Source: Armatimonadota bacterium
GTDB lineage: Bacteria; Armatimonadota; Fimbriimonadia; Fimbriimonadales; GBS-DC
Length of the DNA stretch: 64,000 nucleotides
Direction: 5' to 3'
Assembly (NCBI GenBank): GCA_013359125.1
Contig: JABWCR010000006.1
Coordinates: 12,643 to 76,642, forward strand
The notes below the pieces were generated by a model, which was not told the origin of the DNA, searched no databases, and worked only from the letters and a program-made list of their open reading frames with translations. The translations under genes and the position numbers were made by a program. Positions 8,836-16,887 of the stretch are shown here, one piece after another. Position 1 is the stretch's first letter; each line of letters opens with the position of its first letter.

Positions 8836-9570
8836 TTAAAGAGTCCTGAGATGCCTTTCAACGGTTTCATGATCGATTCGTCGGAAGCGGTTTTCTCTAT
8901 GGGTTCGGCGTTCGAGGATAGCGGCCTCGATCTCGCCTTGTTCTATCGCGGTTTTTAGCGCGGATATGGCTTGATCGTCGGTCGGTTCCTCTTCCAACTC
9001 GATGGAGGCTTTTGCGGCGCCCCAAGCCAAGAGACAGGACGGCAGAGCCTCGTCGATCGTGCCGCCGTGCTTTAGGCGGCTGGTTGCGGCCTCCTCGGCC
9101 TTGTCGTCGCCTGCGACGACTGCTCGGTTCTTTTGGGGCGCATAGTCCCCGTCATAGCCCAAAGTGAAGAACTTATCCTCCTCCAATTGGTCGGCGACCT
9201 CGGCAAAGAGGCCTCTTGCGACTAACGGCGAGATGGTCGGGTCTCCAAATGCGCGTTTGACCGCAGGGCTTAACGCGACGCCTACCACTCTCTGGATCGT
9301 AACGTCGTCCGGGCTGCGGGCAAAGCCTTCTTGATGGGCAAAATCGATCGCGGCGATCCTCAGAGCCTCGACATCCGATTGAGCCCCCAACGCGCCATAG
9401 ACCAACTTGTCGTAGATCTCATAGATTTTGGGAGATCGACGGCGCACGCTCATTATCAAGACCCCTTCGGCGCACGAGGCGGCCACGACCGGGCTGCCGT
9501 CGCGCAGGCGCAGGCGCACAAACTCCTCTCTTCGGTTGACGCTTTCTTGCCAGTCGTAAGGCGTTATCAC
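8836..9570 (-). CDS. prcA: 20S proteasome alpha subunit
   Basis: 244 aa immediately downstream of the beta subunit (1-nt gap). Ntn-hydrolase-fold-like sequence without an N-terminal catalytic Thr. Confidence 0.8.
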   Translation of the reverse strand: MITPYDWQESVNRREEFVRLRLRDGSPVVAASCAEGVLIMSVRRRSPKIYEIYDKLVYGALGAQSDVEALRIAAIDFAHQEGFARSPDDVTIQRVVGVALSPAVKRAFGDPTISPLVARGLFAEVADQLEEDKFFTLGYDGDYAPQKNRAVVAGDDKAEEAATSRLKHGGTIDEALPSCLLAWGAAKASIELEEEPTDDQAISALKTAIEQGEIEAAILERRTHRENRFRRIDHETVERHLRTL

Positions 9571-9571
9571 T

Positions 9572-10327
9572 TTATTTGCCTAATTTGGAAATAGCGGCTC
9601 GAAGCTCTTCGTCGGACAACGAGACAACGCCTTCCTCGGATACGCGCTTTGCGGTCGGTAGCACCTTGTCGAATCCGCCTGTGGCCGAATCGAGGTCGGA
9701 GGCAATGTCCAGCAGCGTCAAGGCGTCTTTGAGAACGTCGTCGTAGGGTCTTTCTTCGAACTTGCCGCGGGTCTTTTCGATATATTCGAACGCTCCTCGA
9801 ATTCGTTCCGATCCGGATCCCGCGGCCGTATAGGAATCGCTTTCGAATCGCGCGCCAGAGGCGTCGTAAAAGTAGATTCTCGCTCGCGATTCTGCCAGAT
9901 CATAGGCCGTAAGGATTGGCACGAAAAGACCAATTCCGCTCATTGCATTGGGGAGATTGGCCGACAGAGCGCGCGAGATCTCTTGCAGTTTGCCGTCCAG
10001 ACTCATCGGTTGAAGCTGGCTGCGCGAAAAGTACTTGAACGCATGGCGCAGGTAGCGCGCCGACTCGATTGCTCGACCGTAGGCGCCTGCCAAGGCTATG
10101 AGCGTATAGTCGTCCAGGGCGATGATCTTTTCTGCTTTGTCGTACATGATGGCGGCAGCCGCCGTCGCTCTGCGATCGCCCAGGTTGAGCGCGCCGCCTT
10201 TATACTTAACGGCCAATACGGTAGTGCCGTGCGTCTCCAAGCCTGCCGCAGCATTCGGATGCGCTACTATCGAGAAGGGCAAGATGCCGTTCTCGGCCAA
10301 AAGCGCCGCAAAGTCGCCTTTGCTCAT
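9572..10327 (-). CDS. prcB: 20S proteasome beta subunit (with propeptide)
   Basis: A 34-aa propeptide ending ...ETHG is followed by TTVLAVKY. Counting from that Thr, Asp17 (LGDRR) and Lys33 (DKAEK) are in place. Confidence 0.85.
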   Translation of the reverse strand: MSKGDFAALLAENGILPFSIVAHPNAAAGLETHGTTVLAVKYKGGALNLGDRRATAAAAIMYDKAEKIIALDDYTLIALAGAYGRAIESARYLRHAFKYFSRSQLQPMSLDGKLQEISRALSANLPNAMSGIGLFVPILTAYDLAESRARIYFYDASGARFESDSYTAAGSGSERIRGAFEYIEKTRGKFEERPYDDVLKDALTLLDIASDLDSATGGFDKVLPTAKRVSEEGVVSLSDEELRAAISKLGK

Positions 10328-10331
10328 GCGG

Positions 10332-10517
10332 TTACTCGCCGCTCCTTTGGCGGTACTTTTTGGCCTGTTCCGGGTCTACCTTTCTCATGCGTTTGAGAAG
10401 TTCGTTCGCGCCCGGACGGTCTACTTTGGGCGACTTTGGTCCGTCCTCGTCGCCGTGCTTGGTGGACCGCTCCTGCGGGATCGGCTTTCTCAATCGGTCT
10501 TCTGTTCTAATGATCAT
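10332..10517 (-). CDS. Pup-like small protein modifier, UBact-type (C-terminal RSGE)
   Basis: 61 aa, charged and low-complexity, ending LLKRMRKVDPEQAKKYRQRSGE-stop. Start ATG overlaps the Dop-like stop (ATGA). The stop is 4 nt before the prcB start. Confidence 0.72.
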   Translation of the reverse strand: MIIRTEDRLRKPIPQERSTKHGDEDGPKSPKVDRPGANELLKRMRKVDPEQAKKYRQRSGE

Positions 10518-12040
10518 AATTGGCTCCTTAGCGCATCTGCGATCGCGTCAGCGAAGGCTGTCGGGTCGTCAATTCCCTGCAATGTCTCCAGCAGTTTGGT
10601 CAAATCGGGGTCGACCAATCTCTCTAAGTTGATCGTTCGCTCGCCCCTGTCCGTCTTTAATCGAAGTCGTCCCCAACTTATCCATACGATGCGGTCGGCA
10701 AAGCGTTGCACGGCCAAGCCTCTTATCTTGGCGCGGGTCGCGTCCATTGCCTCTGAGATGGATGACTGGGCGGTCTCGTCAGAGATCAGCGCCAGCAACT
10801 GGCCTTGGTCTACCAAAGCCTGATAAAGGCTCTCGGTTGGATTGAGTAGATGGTACTCCATATCGAGGGCGGCGATCATAGGATCGGACAGTTCGACTCC
10901 GTCCGAATCCATGTAGAGCCTGAGCAATCCCAGTTTGGCCGCCCAGTCCGCTCGGTCGGATAGTCTCATCGGGTCGTCGTCCAGCAAGTCGAGGCATCGC
11001 TCCCACTCCGCCATTACCCAGTCCGTCTCTTTGTCTTGACCTTCCAACAGTTTGGCGGCTTCGGAGAGATAGGCGCGTTGCACGTCGGTTGCTCGAATCT
11101 TCTGTCCATTGCTCAGTTCCACCGTCCAAGCGAACTGCTGGTCTCGCGAAATCTCTTTGATCGCTCGGACAGGGTCTCTTATCTCTATCTTGGGCTGCCA
11201 TCCGTGCTCGATCAGGTCGAGCGCGATCCGGGTTGTCCCGACTTTCATCGCGGTGGCCCAATGGGATCGGTTGGCATCGCCACAGATGACATGGAGCCGA
11301 CGATATTGGGCTGCGTCCGCATGAGGCTCGTCGCGCGTGTTGAAGATGGGGCGCCGATAGAGGGTATCGACGCTGGCGATCTCGCTGATGAAGTCGGCGC
11401 GCTGAGAGATTTGGAAGGCCGCTTTAGGCCTCCTCTCACCTTCAATGATCGCTTTGCCTGCGCCTGTAAAAATCTGCCTGGTTGATAGAAAAGGGATGAG
11501 TCCCGCCAAGAGCCGATCGAACTCTACGTCTCGGCGGCAGAGGTAACTTTCGTGGCAGCCATAACTTGCGCCATGGTAGTCCGTGTTGTTCTTGTAAACC
11601 CTTACCTCGGCTCCGACGTTTTTTGAATAGGTTTGCGCGCACTGCTGCACGATCTGTTCGCCCGCCAGGTCGGCGGCAACAAGCGAGAGAAGCCCGACCG
11701 TTTCGGGCGTGGCATATTCGGGATGGCCATGATCGTTGTACAGTCTGCCGCCGTTTGATAAGACGCGGTCGGCGACGGCTTGTTGGCCAAAGGCGCGCAC
11801 CGTGCTGGATTGCTCGAAGCGATCGTCGTTCGGGTCGGTCTGAAGCCGATCGGCCCGAAAGCCCCGCATGTCTCTTCGCGGGTCTTCTAAGGAGTAGTTC
11901 CACTTTCGCACTCCGTCCAAGGGGCACGAGCGCACGATTTCCGCAGAAGCCTCCATCAGTTGAGAGACCGGAAGCCCCTCGACCGTAAAGCCGTATTCCG
12001 TCTCAAGCCCGACTAATCGACGCACACCGAGATTATACAT
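10514..12040 (-). CDS. dop: Pup-ligase-family protein, Dop-like (deamidase/de-conjugase)
   Basis: RRLVGLETEYG, WNYSLEDPRRDMRGF and RLYNDHGHPEYATPE resemble Dop blocks rather than PafA. Occupies the position before the modifier gene. ATG 12040 gives an 8-nt overlap with the upstream gene. The track start at 12091 is GTG with a 59-nt overlap. Confidence 0.8.
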   Translation of the reverse strand: MYNLGVRRLVGLETEYGFTVEGLPVSQLMEASAEIVRSCPLDGVRKWNYSLEDPRRDMRGFRADRLQTDPNDDRFEQSSTVRAFGQQAVADRVLSNGGRLYNDHGHPEYATPETVGLLSLVAADLAGEQIVQQCAQTYSKNVGAEVRVYKNNTDYHGASYGCHESYLCRRDVEFDRLLAGLIPFLSTRQIFTGAGKAIIEGERRPKAAFQISQRADFISEIASVDTLYRRPIFNTRDEPHADAAQYRRLHVICGDANRSHWATAMKVGTTRIALDLIEHGWQPKIEIRDPVRAIKEISRDQQFAWTVELSNGQKIRATDVQRAYLSEAAKLLEGQDKETDWVMAEWERCLDLLDDDPMRLSDRADWAAKLGLLRLYMDSDGVELSDPMIAALDMEYHLLNPTESLYQALVDQGQLLALISDETAQSSISEAMDATRAKIRGLAVQRFADRIVWISWGRLRLKTDRGERTINLERLVDPDLTKLLETLQGIDDPTAFADAIADALRSQL

Positions 12041-12545
12041 CTGACAGGCGTTTAGTAAGCCACTCTTCGACTTCGGCAAGCGAATCGGCACGGTCTGCGA
12101 CTTCCGGCAAAGCGTCCGCCCAGCCGAAAAGAAGCAACGGCTTTTGCATTCGGAGCGCCAGAGCGATCTCGTTAAGCGTGCCGTCGCTCCCCGGCAGGGC
12201 GATGATCAGGTCGCTGGTTCTGACATTGATCCAGTTTCGCGTTGCTGCATCGGGAGCGAGCGGGTCGAAAGCGCCGAGAGGCGCAACGACCGGGATTTCG
12301 ATCCATTGGTTAGGGTAACCGGGCGGCAATCGATGGTCGGCGCCTATGGTGGGCAAGATGCCGATGCTGGCGCCTTTCCTTTCAGGCTCTTCGACAAAGG
12401 CCTTGGCGACCGAAGCCATAACGCCCTGTCCACCGCCTGTAAGGAGATTCAGCCCTCGCCTGGCGAGCAGTCTGCCCAGAGGTTGCGCCAAGTGCGGGCG
12501 GTCTTCTGTGCCCGACCCCATCACGCCTACTATAGGACGCTTCAT
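12033..12545 (-). CDS. TIGR00725/LOG-like (SLOG, Rossmann) family protein
   Basis: 170 aa. IVGVMGSG ... LLTGGGQGVM ... LPGSDGTLNE resembles the LOG PGGxGTxxE motif. Confidence 0.7.
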   Translation of the reverse strand: MKRPIVGVMGSGTEDRPHLAQPLGRLLARRGLNLLTGGGQGVMASVAKAFVEEPERKGASIGILPTIGADHRLPPGYPNQWIEIPVVAPLGAFDPLAPDAATRNWINVRTSDLIIALPGSDGTLNEIALALRMQKPLLLFGWADALPEVADRADSLAEVEEWLTKRLSDV

Positions 12546-12570
12546 ATCGCTTTGCCAAACGATGGTTCTA

Positions 12571-13842
12571 CTATGCTATCCGATCGATTTCGCCCATATA
12601 CGGATAAAGCGGCTCTGGCAGTTTGATGCTTCCGTCGGCGCCCTGATAGGTCTCGATCAATGCGGCCACCAAACGGGGGAGCGCCGTGCCCGAAGCGTTG
12701 AGAGTGTGAACGAACTCGGGCTTGCCTCCTTCGCGTCGGAAGCGGATGTTGGCTCGTCGAGCCTGGAAGGCCTCGAAGTTGCTGCAGGAGGAGACTTCCA
12801 GATACTCGCCCACGCCGGGGGACCAGACTTCCAGATCGTAGCACTTGGCCGCCGCAAAGCCAAGATCGCCGCCGCAAAGCGTTACAACGCGATAGTGCAG
12901 ACCGAGCGCCTGCAGCACAGACTCGGCATCGGCTAGGAGTTTCTCGTGCTCGGCGTAAGATTCTTCAGGAAGCGCGAACTTGACCAGTTCCACTTTGTTA
13001 AATTGGTGGACGCGCAGGAGCCCTCGCGTCAGGCGGCCGGCGGCGCCCGCCTCGCGCCTGAAGCAAGGCGAGTAGGCCGCATAGTTGATCGGAAGTTGAT
13101 CGGCTTCCAGGATTTCGTCTCGGTGGATGTTGGTAACCGGCACTTCGGCGGTCGGTATCAGATAGAGATCGTCGTCCGCGCAGTGGTACATGTCTTCTCG
13201 AAACTTGGGGAGTTGCCCCGTGCCTTGCAAGACCTCTGGTCGGACCAAGAAGGGCGGAAAGATCTCGGTATAGGCGTGCTTGGAGACGTGCAGATCGATC
13301 ATGAAGTTGATCAGAGCTCTTTCGAGCCTGGCGCCCAGACCTTTGTAGACGATAAAGCCGCTGCCGCCTATCTTGGCGCCCGCTTCGAAGTCGATGATGC
13401 CGAGCGCCTCGGCTATCTCCCAATGGGGCTTTGGCTGGAAGTCAAAGCGGGTCTTTTCGCCCCATCGCTTGTGCTCAGGATTGTCGGCGCTCTCCTTGCC
13501 GGGAGGCACCGATTCGTGGGGTATGTTGGGGATTAGAAGCAAGGTCGCTTCGCGTTCTTCTTCGATTCGGTTTGCGTCTGCTCGAAGCTGCGCGATCTGA
13601 TCGCTCACAACCTTGAGCCTCGCAATCTCGGCCGAGGCCTCTTGCCCGGCGCGCTTCATCTCGGCGACGACCTTGGAGGCTGCGTTTTGCTCCGCGGTCA
13701 GTCGCTCTGTCTCCGTTACGGCCTCTCGCCATTTTTTATCCAGTTCCAGCCACTTGTCGACCAGTTCTGGGCTTTCGTTGCGTTTGGCCATGCCGGCCAG
13801 GGCGGCTTGAGGGTCGGAGCGCAGAAGTCGATAGTCGAGCAT
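12571..13842 (-). CDS. serS: seryl-tRNA synthetase
   Basis: 423 aa. N-terminal coiled-coil arm ([11 protein letters not shown]...) and class II core motifs (FRREAG, GSGTA-like ending). Confidence 0.95.
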   Translation of the reverse strand: MLDYRLLRSDPQAALAGMAKRNESPELVDKWLELDKKWREAVTETERLTAEQNAASKVVAEMKRAGQEASAEIARLKVVSDQIAQLRADANRIEEEREATLLLIPNIPHESVPPGKESADNPEHKRWGEKTRFDFQPKPHWEIAEALGIIDFEAGAKIGGSGFIVYKGLGARLERALINFMIDLHVSKHAYTEIFPPFLVRPEVLQGTGQLPKFREDMYHCADDDLYLIPTAEVPVTNIHRDEILEADQLPINYAAYSPCFRREAGAAGRLTRGLLRVHQFNKVELVKFALPEESYAEHEKLLADAESVLQALGLHYRVVTLCGGDLGFAAAKCYDLEVWSPGVGEYLEVSSCSNFEAFQARRANIRFRREGGKPEFVHTLNASGTALPRLVAALIETYQGADGSIKLPEPLYPYMGEIDRIA

Positions 13843-13891
13843 GAGGAGTATTGTACCGCTTGGTCGTTTTGGTTTCCGGCGGTCTTTGGGC

Positions 13892-13897
13892 TATAAT
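13892..13897 (+). promoter_or_regulatory. candidate -10 box (TATAAT), with TTGGTT 17 nt upstream
   Basis: Perfect TATAAT in the serS/HNH divergent intergenic region, followed by a G-rich likely start site near 13901-13904. Confidence 0.4.
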
Positions 13898-13903
13898 ATA
13901 GGG

Positions 13904-14062
13904 GACGAATGATTAAGGAACGCGATATGTTGCGGTTGAACAGCGTGCGCTGGAGTACCGGCTCTTGGTTCGGAATGCGGGGGCGCTTCCGTCAGAAGCT
14001 TGCCCTTCCTTGTGCCAATCAGGAAGCCCGCGCCCAGCGTTGCGTCGGGCTTCTTTCTTTTT
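13904..14062 (+). ncRNA. candidate structured small RNA or 5' leader of unknown class
   Basis: About 160 nt between a TATAAT box and a strong intrinsic terminator. Contains several stable hairpins, for example GGGCGCUUC-CGUCA-GAAGCuuGCCC at 13981-14005 and CUUCCU...AGGAAG, which competes with the terminator 5' arm. Confidence 0.3.
14023..14062 (+). terminator. intrinsic terminator or attenuator upstream of the HNH gene
   Basis: GAAGCCCGCGC ... GCG(u)CGGGCUUC stem followed by UUUCUUUUU. Confidence 0.6.
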
Positions 14063-14095
14063 CGAAGCCAAATTTGAGCGGAGGCCGATGACGAG

Positions 14096-14620
14096 ATGGG
14101 CGAAGTCCTGGTGCTGAACCAAAACTATGAGCCGCTGAATGTTTGCTCGATCCATCGCGCGGTTACGATGGTTCTTTTGGGCAAGGTGGAGATCGTGCGC
14201 CACAACGGTCGGCGGATCGGCACGATTTCTGGCGGCTTTGAAGCGCCGTCCGTGATCCGGCTCAGCTATTTGGTTAAGCGACCATTGCCCGACATCCGAG
14301 TGAGCCGACGCGCGGTGCTGGCGCGAGACCGATACACGTGCCAATACTGCGGTCATGTTTCCAGAGATCTGACTGTGGACCATGTCGTGCCGCGCCGGCA
14401 CGGCGGGCTGGACACTTGGGAGAATTTGGTCGCCTGTTGCCGCCGCTGCAATCTGCACAAAAGCGACCGGTCGCCTAACCAGGCGAATTTGAAGCTGATG
14501 CGAAAGCCCAAGAGGCCGCATTTCGTCCCTTACTTGAGCCTGCCGCTTTATGTCAAAGCGCTGGCCAAGGAGGATTGGAGAGAGTTCTTGCCGGTTTTCG
14601 ACGACCTAGAGTTCCACTGA
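14096..14620 (+). CDS. stand-alone HNH endonuclease
   Basis: 174 aa. CQYCG ... DHVVPRRHGG ... NLVACCRRCNLHK (HNH/zinc motif). GGAGG 11 nt upstream of the ATG. Confidence 0.85.
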   Translation: MGEVLVLNQNYEPLNVCSIHRAVTMVLLGKVEIVRHNGRRIGTISGGFEAPSVIRLSYLVKRPLPDIRVSRRAVLARDRYTCQYCGHVSRDLTVDHVVPRRHGGLDTWENLVACCRRCNLHKSDRSPNQANLKLMRKPKRPHFVPYLSLPLYVKALAKEDWREFLPVFDDLEFH

Positions 14621-14621
14621 C

Positions 14622-15692
14622 CTATCGCAAGAGTCGATCTTGGAAGAGCTTATACAGGTCTAGCGAGATCACCGAGACAAAGATCAGCAGCACCATCGAG
14701 AGGCCGACGGCCTGGACGGCGCGAGTCGCTTTGGCCGAGAGCCTCTTTCTCCGAATCGATTCGACCAGGATGATCAATATCCAGCCGCCGTCCAGTACGG
14801 GTATGGGCAACAGGTTGACGATTCCGAGCATAATCGAGAAGGACCCGGCAAACTGCGCGACTTGAGTGAAGCCCAGGCGGCTGACGTTGCTGACCTGGTT
14901 GGCGATGGAGGCTGGGCCGCCCACCTCGTCCGAGCTGGCTCTGCCAGAAACCAGTTTAGTCAGGAAGCCGGTGATTCCCACGATGTGATTGAACGTAACC
15001 GTTCCCGCATACTGGACCGCGCCGATCAGCCCGACCGGCTCTCGTTCGCTCAGCCACATGATCCCGATCATGCCGATTTCGACTTTCTTGCCGTCGACTT
15101 CTTTCTCTTTGCCCTTAGGCGTTACCTTGAGTTCGACCGTCTGGCCGTTGCGATCGACAACAAGGGCGAGTTCCTTGCCCAGGCCCTTTTCTATGAGGTT
15201 CTTCGCCTCTTCGGTCGTGGCGATCGGCTGACCGTCGATCGACCGGACAAAGTCGCCCGTTCTCATACCCGCTTGGTGCGCTGGGTCGCCCGGGTTGACG
15301 AACTGAACGCGAGGAACGGCCTTGTCGGAAGGAACGCCAGCGAACGTTGCGATCAAAAAGAACAGCACAAGCCCCAGCAAGATGCTAAAGAGCGGGCCGG
15401 CGAATATCGTCGTGAAGCGCGCCCAGCCGCCTTTCGATTGGAATCCGTCGGGCTCGTGCGCATCTTCCGGATTCATTCCCGCGATCTTTACAAACCCGCC
15501 GATCGGTACGGCGCGCCAGTTATAGACCGTGCCGGATTTATCTTTGCCTAAGCGAAAGAGGACCGATCCAAACCCAAGGGCGAACTCCTCAACTCTCATT
15601 CCGGCGCGCTTGGCAAAGTACATGTGGCCGAACTCGTGCACGGCCACTAAGAGCGTAAATATCCCCAATATATAGAAAATCGTCGGTATCAT
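14622..15692 (-). CDS. rseP: RIP site-2 metalloprotease RseP
   Basis: HEFGHMYFAKRAG (HExxH), central PDZ-like region, C-terminal NLLPIPVLDGG. Confidence 0.9.
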   Translation of the reverse strand: MIPTIFYILGIFTLLVAVHEFGHMYFAKRAGMRVEEFALGFGSVLFRLGKDKSGTVYNWRAVPIGGFVKIAGMNPEDAHEPDGFQSKGGWARFTTIFAGPLFSILLGLVLFFLIATFAGVPSDKAVPRVQFVNPGDPAHQAGMRTGDFVRSIDGQPIATTEEAKNLIEKGLGKELALVVDRNGQTVELKVTPKGKEKEVDGKKVEIGMIGIMWLSEREPVGLIGAVQYAGTVTFNHIVGITGFLTKLVSGRASSDEVGGPASIANQVSNVSRLGFTQVAQFAGSFSIMLGIVNLLPIPVLDGGWILIILVESIRRKRLSAKATRAVQAVGLSMVLLIFVSVISLDLYKLFQDRLLR

Positions 15693-16861
15693 CAGGCTAA
15701 CGCGGGCGCCTCCTTACGTCTGGCCAGCTCGTAGGCCGCTTTCCTCGATGCGGCGTCTTCGGCCAGCACGTTATCGAGCGTAACTTCCGTTACCGCTCGT
15801 GAAGACAGCACCGTTCGTGCCAACGGCACAATCTCGTGGAAGCCGATTTCGCCCCGAAGAAACAAGTCTACCGCCGCTTCGTTGGCCGCGTTGAGCGCCG
15901 TTGGCGCCGTGCCGCCATTCCTAGCGGCCTCGTAGGCCAAGTCGATGGCTGGATAGCGAAGGCCGTCCATTTCGCTGAACTCGAGCCGCGACATTTTTTC
16001 CAGCGGCAGCCTGGGCAATCGCGTTTCTGGGCGATCGGGATACATGAGCGCGTACTGGATGGGGCCTCGCATATCGGGCATTCCCATTTGCGCCTTCATC
16101 GAGCCGTCTTTGAACTCGACAATAGAGTGCACGATGCTTTGAGGATGCAAGGCGACGCTGATTCGGTCGTACGGCAGATCGAACAGCCATCTCGCTTCTA
16201 TGATCTCCAGCCCCTTGTTCATCATTGTGGCCGAATCGACCGTAACCTTTGGCCCCATGCTCCAATTGGGGTGATTGAGCGCGTCGGCGACCGTTACCTG
16301 TGAAAGTCGGCCAATCGGCCAGTCGCGCAGCGCGCCGCCCGACGCCGTCAGGATGATTCTCTCGATGTTCGACTTCTCTTCGCCCTGGAGGCACTGGAAG
16401 ATTGCAGAATGCTCGCTGTCGATGGGGATGATAGGCGCGTTCATTCTTCGAGATTCCTGCATGACGATCTCGCCGGCGGAGACGAGCGTTTCCTTAGTCG
16501 AGAGCGCGACCGGCTTGCCATGGCTGAGAGCCATTAGCGTCGGTTGCAGCCCGATCATGCCGGCGACGGCCACGACTACAAGATCGACTTCTGGTCGGCT
16601 CACCAGTTCGCACAGTCCTTCGACGCCTTCTTTGACGGTGATTTCGCCTGCGGCGATAGTGGCTCTTGCCCGTTCTGCGGCTTGGTGCGAAGCCAAACCG
16701 ATCCATTGGACGCCGTGCCGACGGGCTTGCTGGATAAGCAACTCCGCATTGGAGCAAGCGGCGAGCGCGACCACGCTCAAATGTTCAGGCAGTCGTTGGA
16801 CAATATCGAGAACTTGGCGGCCTATGGAGCCTGTCGAGCCAAGCAGTGCGATTCTTTTCAT
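15692..16861 (-). CDS. dxr: 1-deoxy-D-xylulose 5-phosphate reductoisomerase
   Basis: 389 aa. LLGSTGSIGRQVLDIV NADPH-binding N-terminus. The typical dxr-rseP gene order is present. Confidence 0.95.
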   Translation of the reverse strand: MKRIALLGSTGSIGRQVLDIVQRLPEHLSVVALAACSNAELLIQQARRHGVQWIGLASHQAAERARATIAAGEITVKEGVEGLCELVSRPEVDLVVVAVAGMIGLQPTLMALSHGKPVALSTKETLVSAGEIVMQESRRMNAPIIPIDSEHSAIFQCLQGEEKSNIERIILTASGGALRDWPIGRLSQVTVADALNHPNWSMGPKVTVDSATMMNKGLEIIEARWLFDLPYDRISVALHPQSIVHSIVEFKDGSMKAQMGMPDMRGPIQYALMYPDRPETRLPRLPLEKMSRLEFSEMDGLRYPAIDLAYEAARNGGTAPTALNAANEAAVDLFLRGEIGFHEIVPLARTVLSSRAVTEVTLDNVLAEDAASRKAAYELARRKEAPALA

Positions 16862-16887
16862 GAGGCTAGCCTATATTACCTTTTGAG

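Noticed and set aside
8823-8870. Longer N-terminus for the PafA-like protein (MKPLKGISGLFKSGES...)
   Set aside because: It would overlap prcA by 35 nt. Pup-ligase family proteins normally start a few residues before the GIETE(F/Y)G block. It is kept as an alternative start.
13904-14062. Assignment of the candidate RNA to SRP RNA, 6S RNA or tmRNA
   Set aside because: It lacks the SRP domain IV consensus (GGAAGCAGCC context) and a tRNA-like end. I could not draw a convincing 6S closing stem and central bubble by eye. It is left as an unknown class.
13909-14091. 60-aa ORF (MIKERDMLRL...) covering the candidate RNA
   Set aside because: It runs straight through a strong terminator hairpin, is highly basic with no motifs, and has poor RBS spacing. 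It is kept only as an unlikely alternative (leader peptide).
13843-14095. T-box leader for serS
   Set aside because: serS is on the minus strand. The minus-strand reading of this region lacks a T-box (GGUGGUACCGCG-like) sequence and a properly oriented terminator. A -10 box sits 7 nt from the ATG. The GGAGUACCGG on the plus strand is only a weak look-alike and faces the wrong gene.
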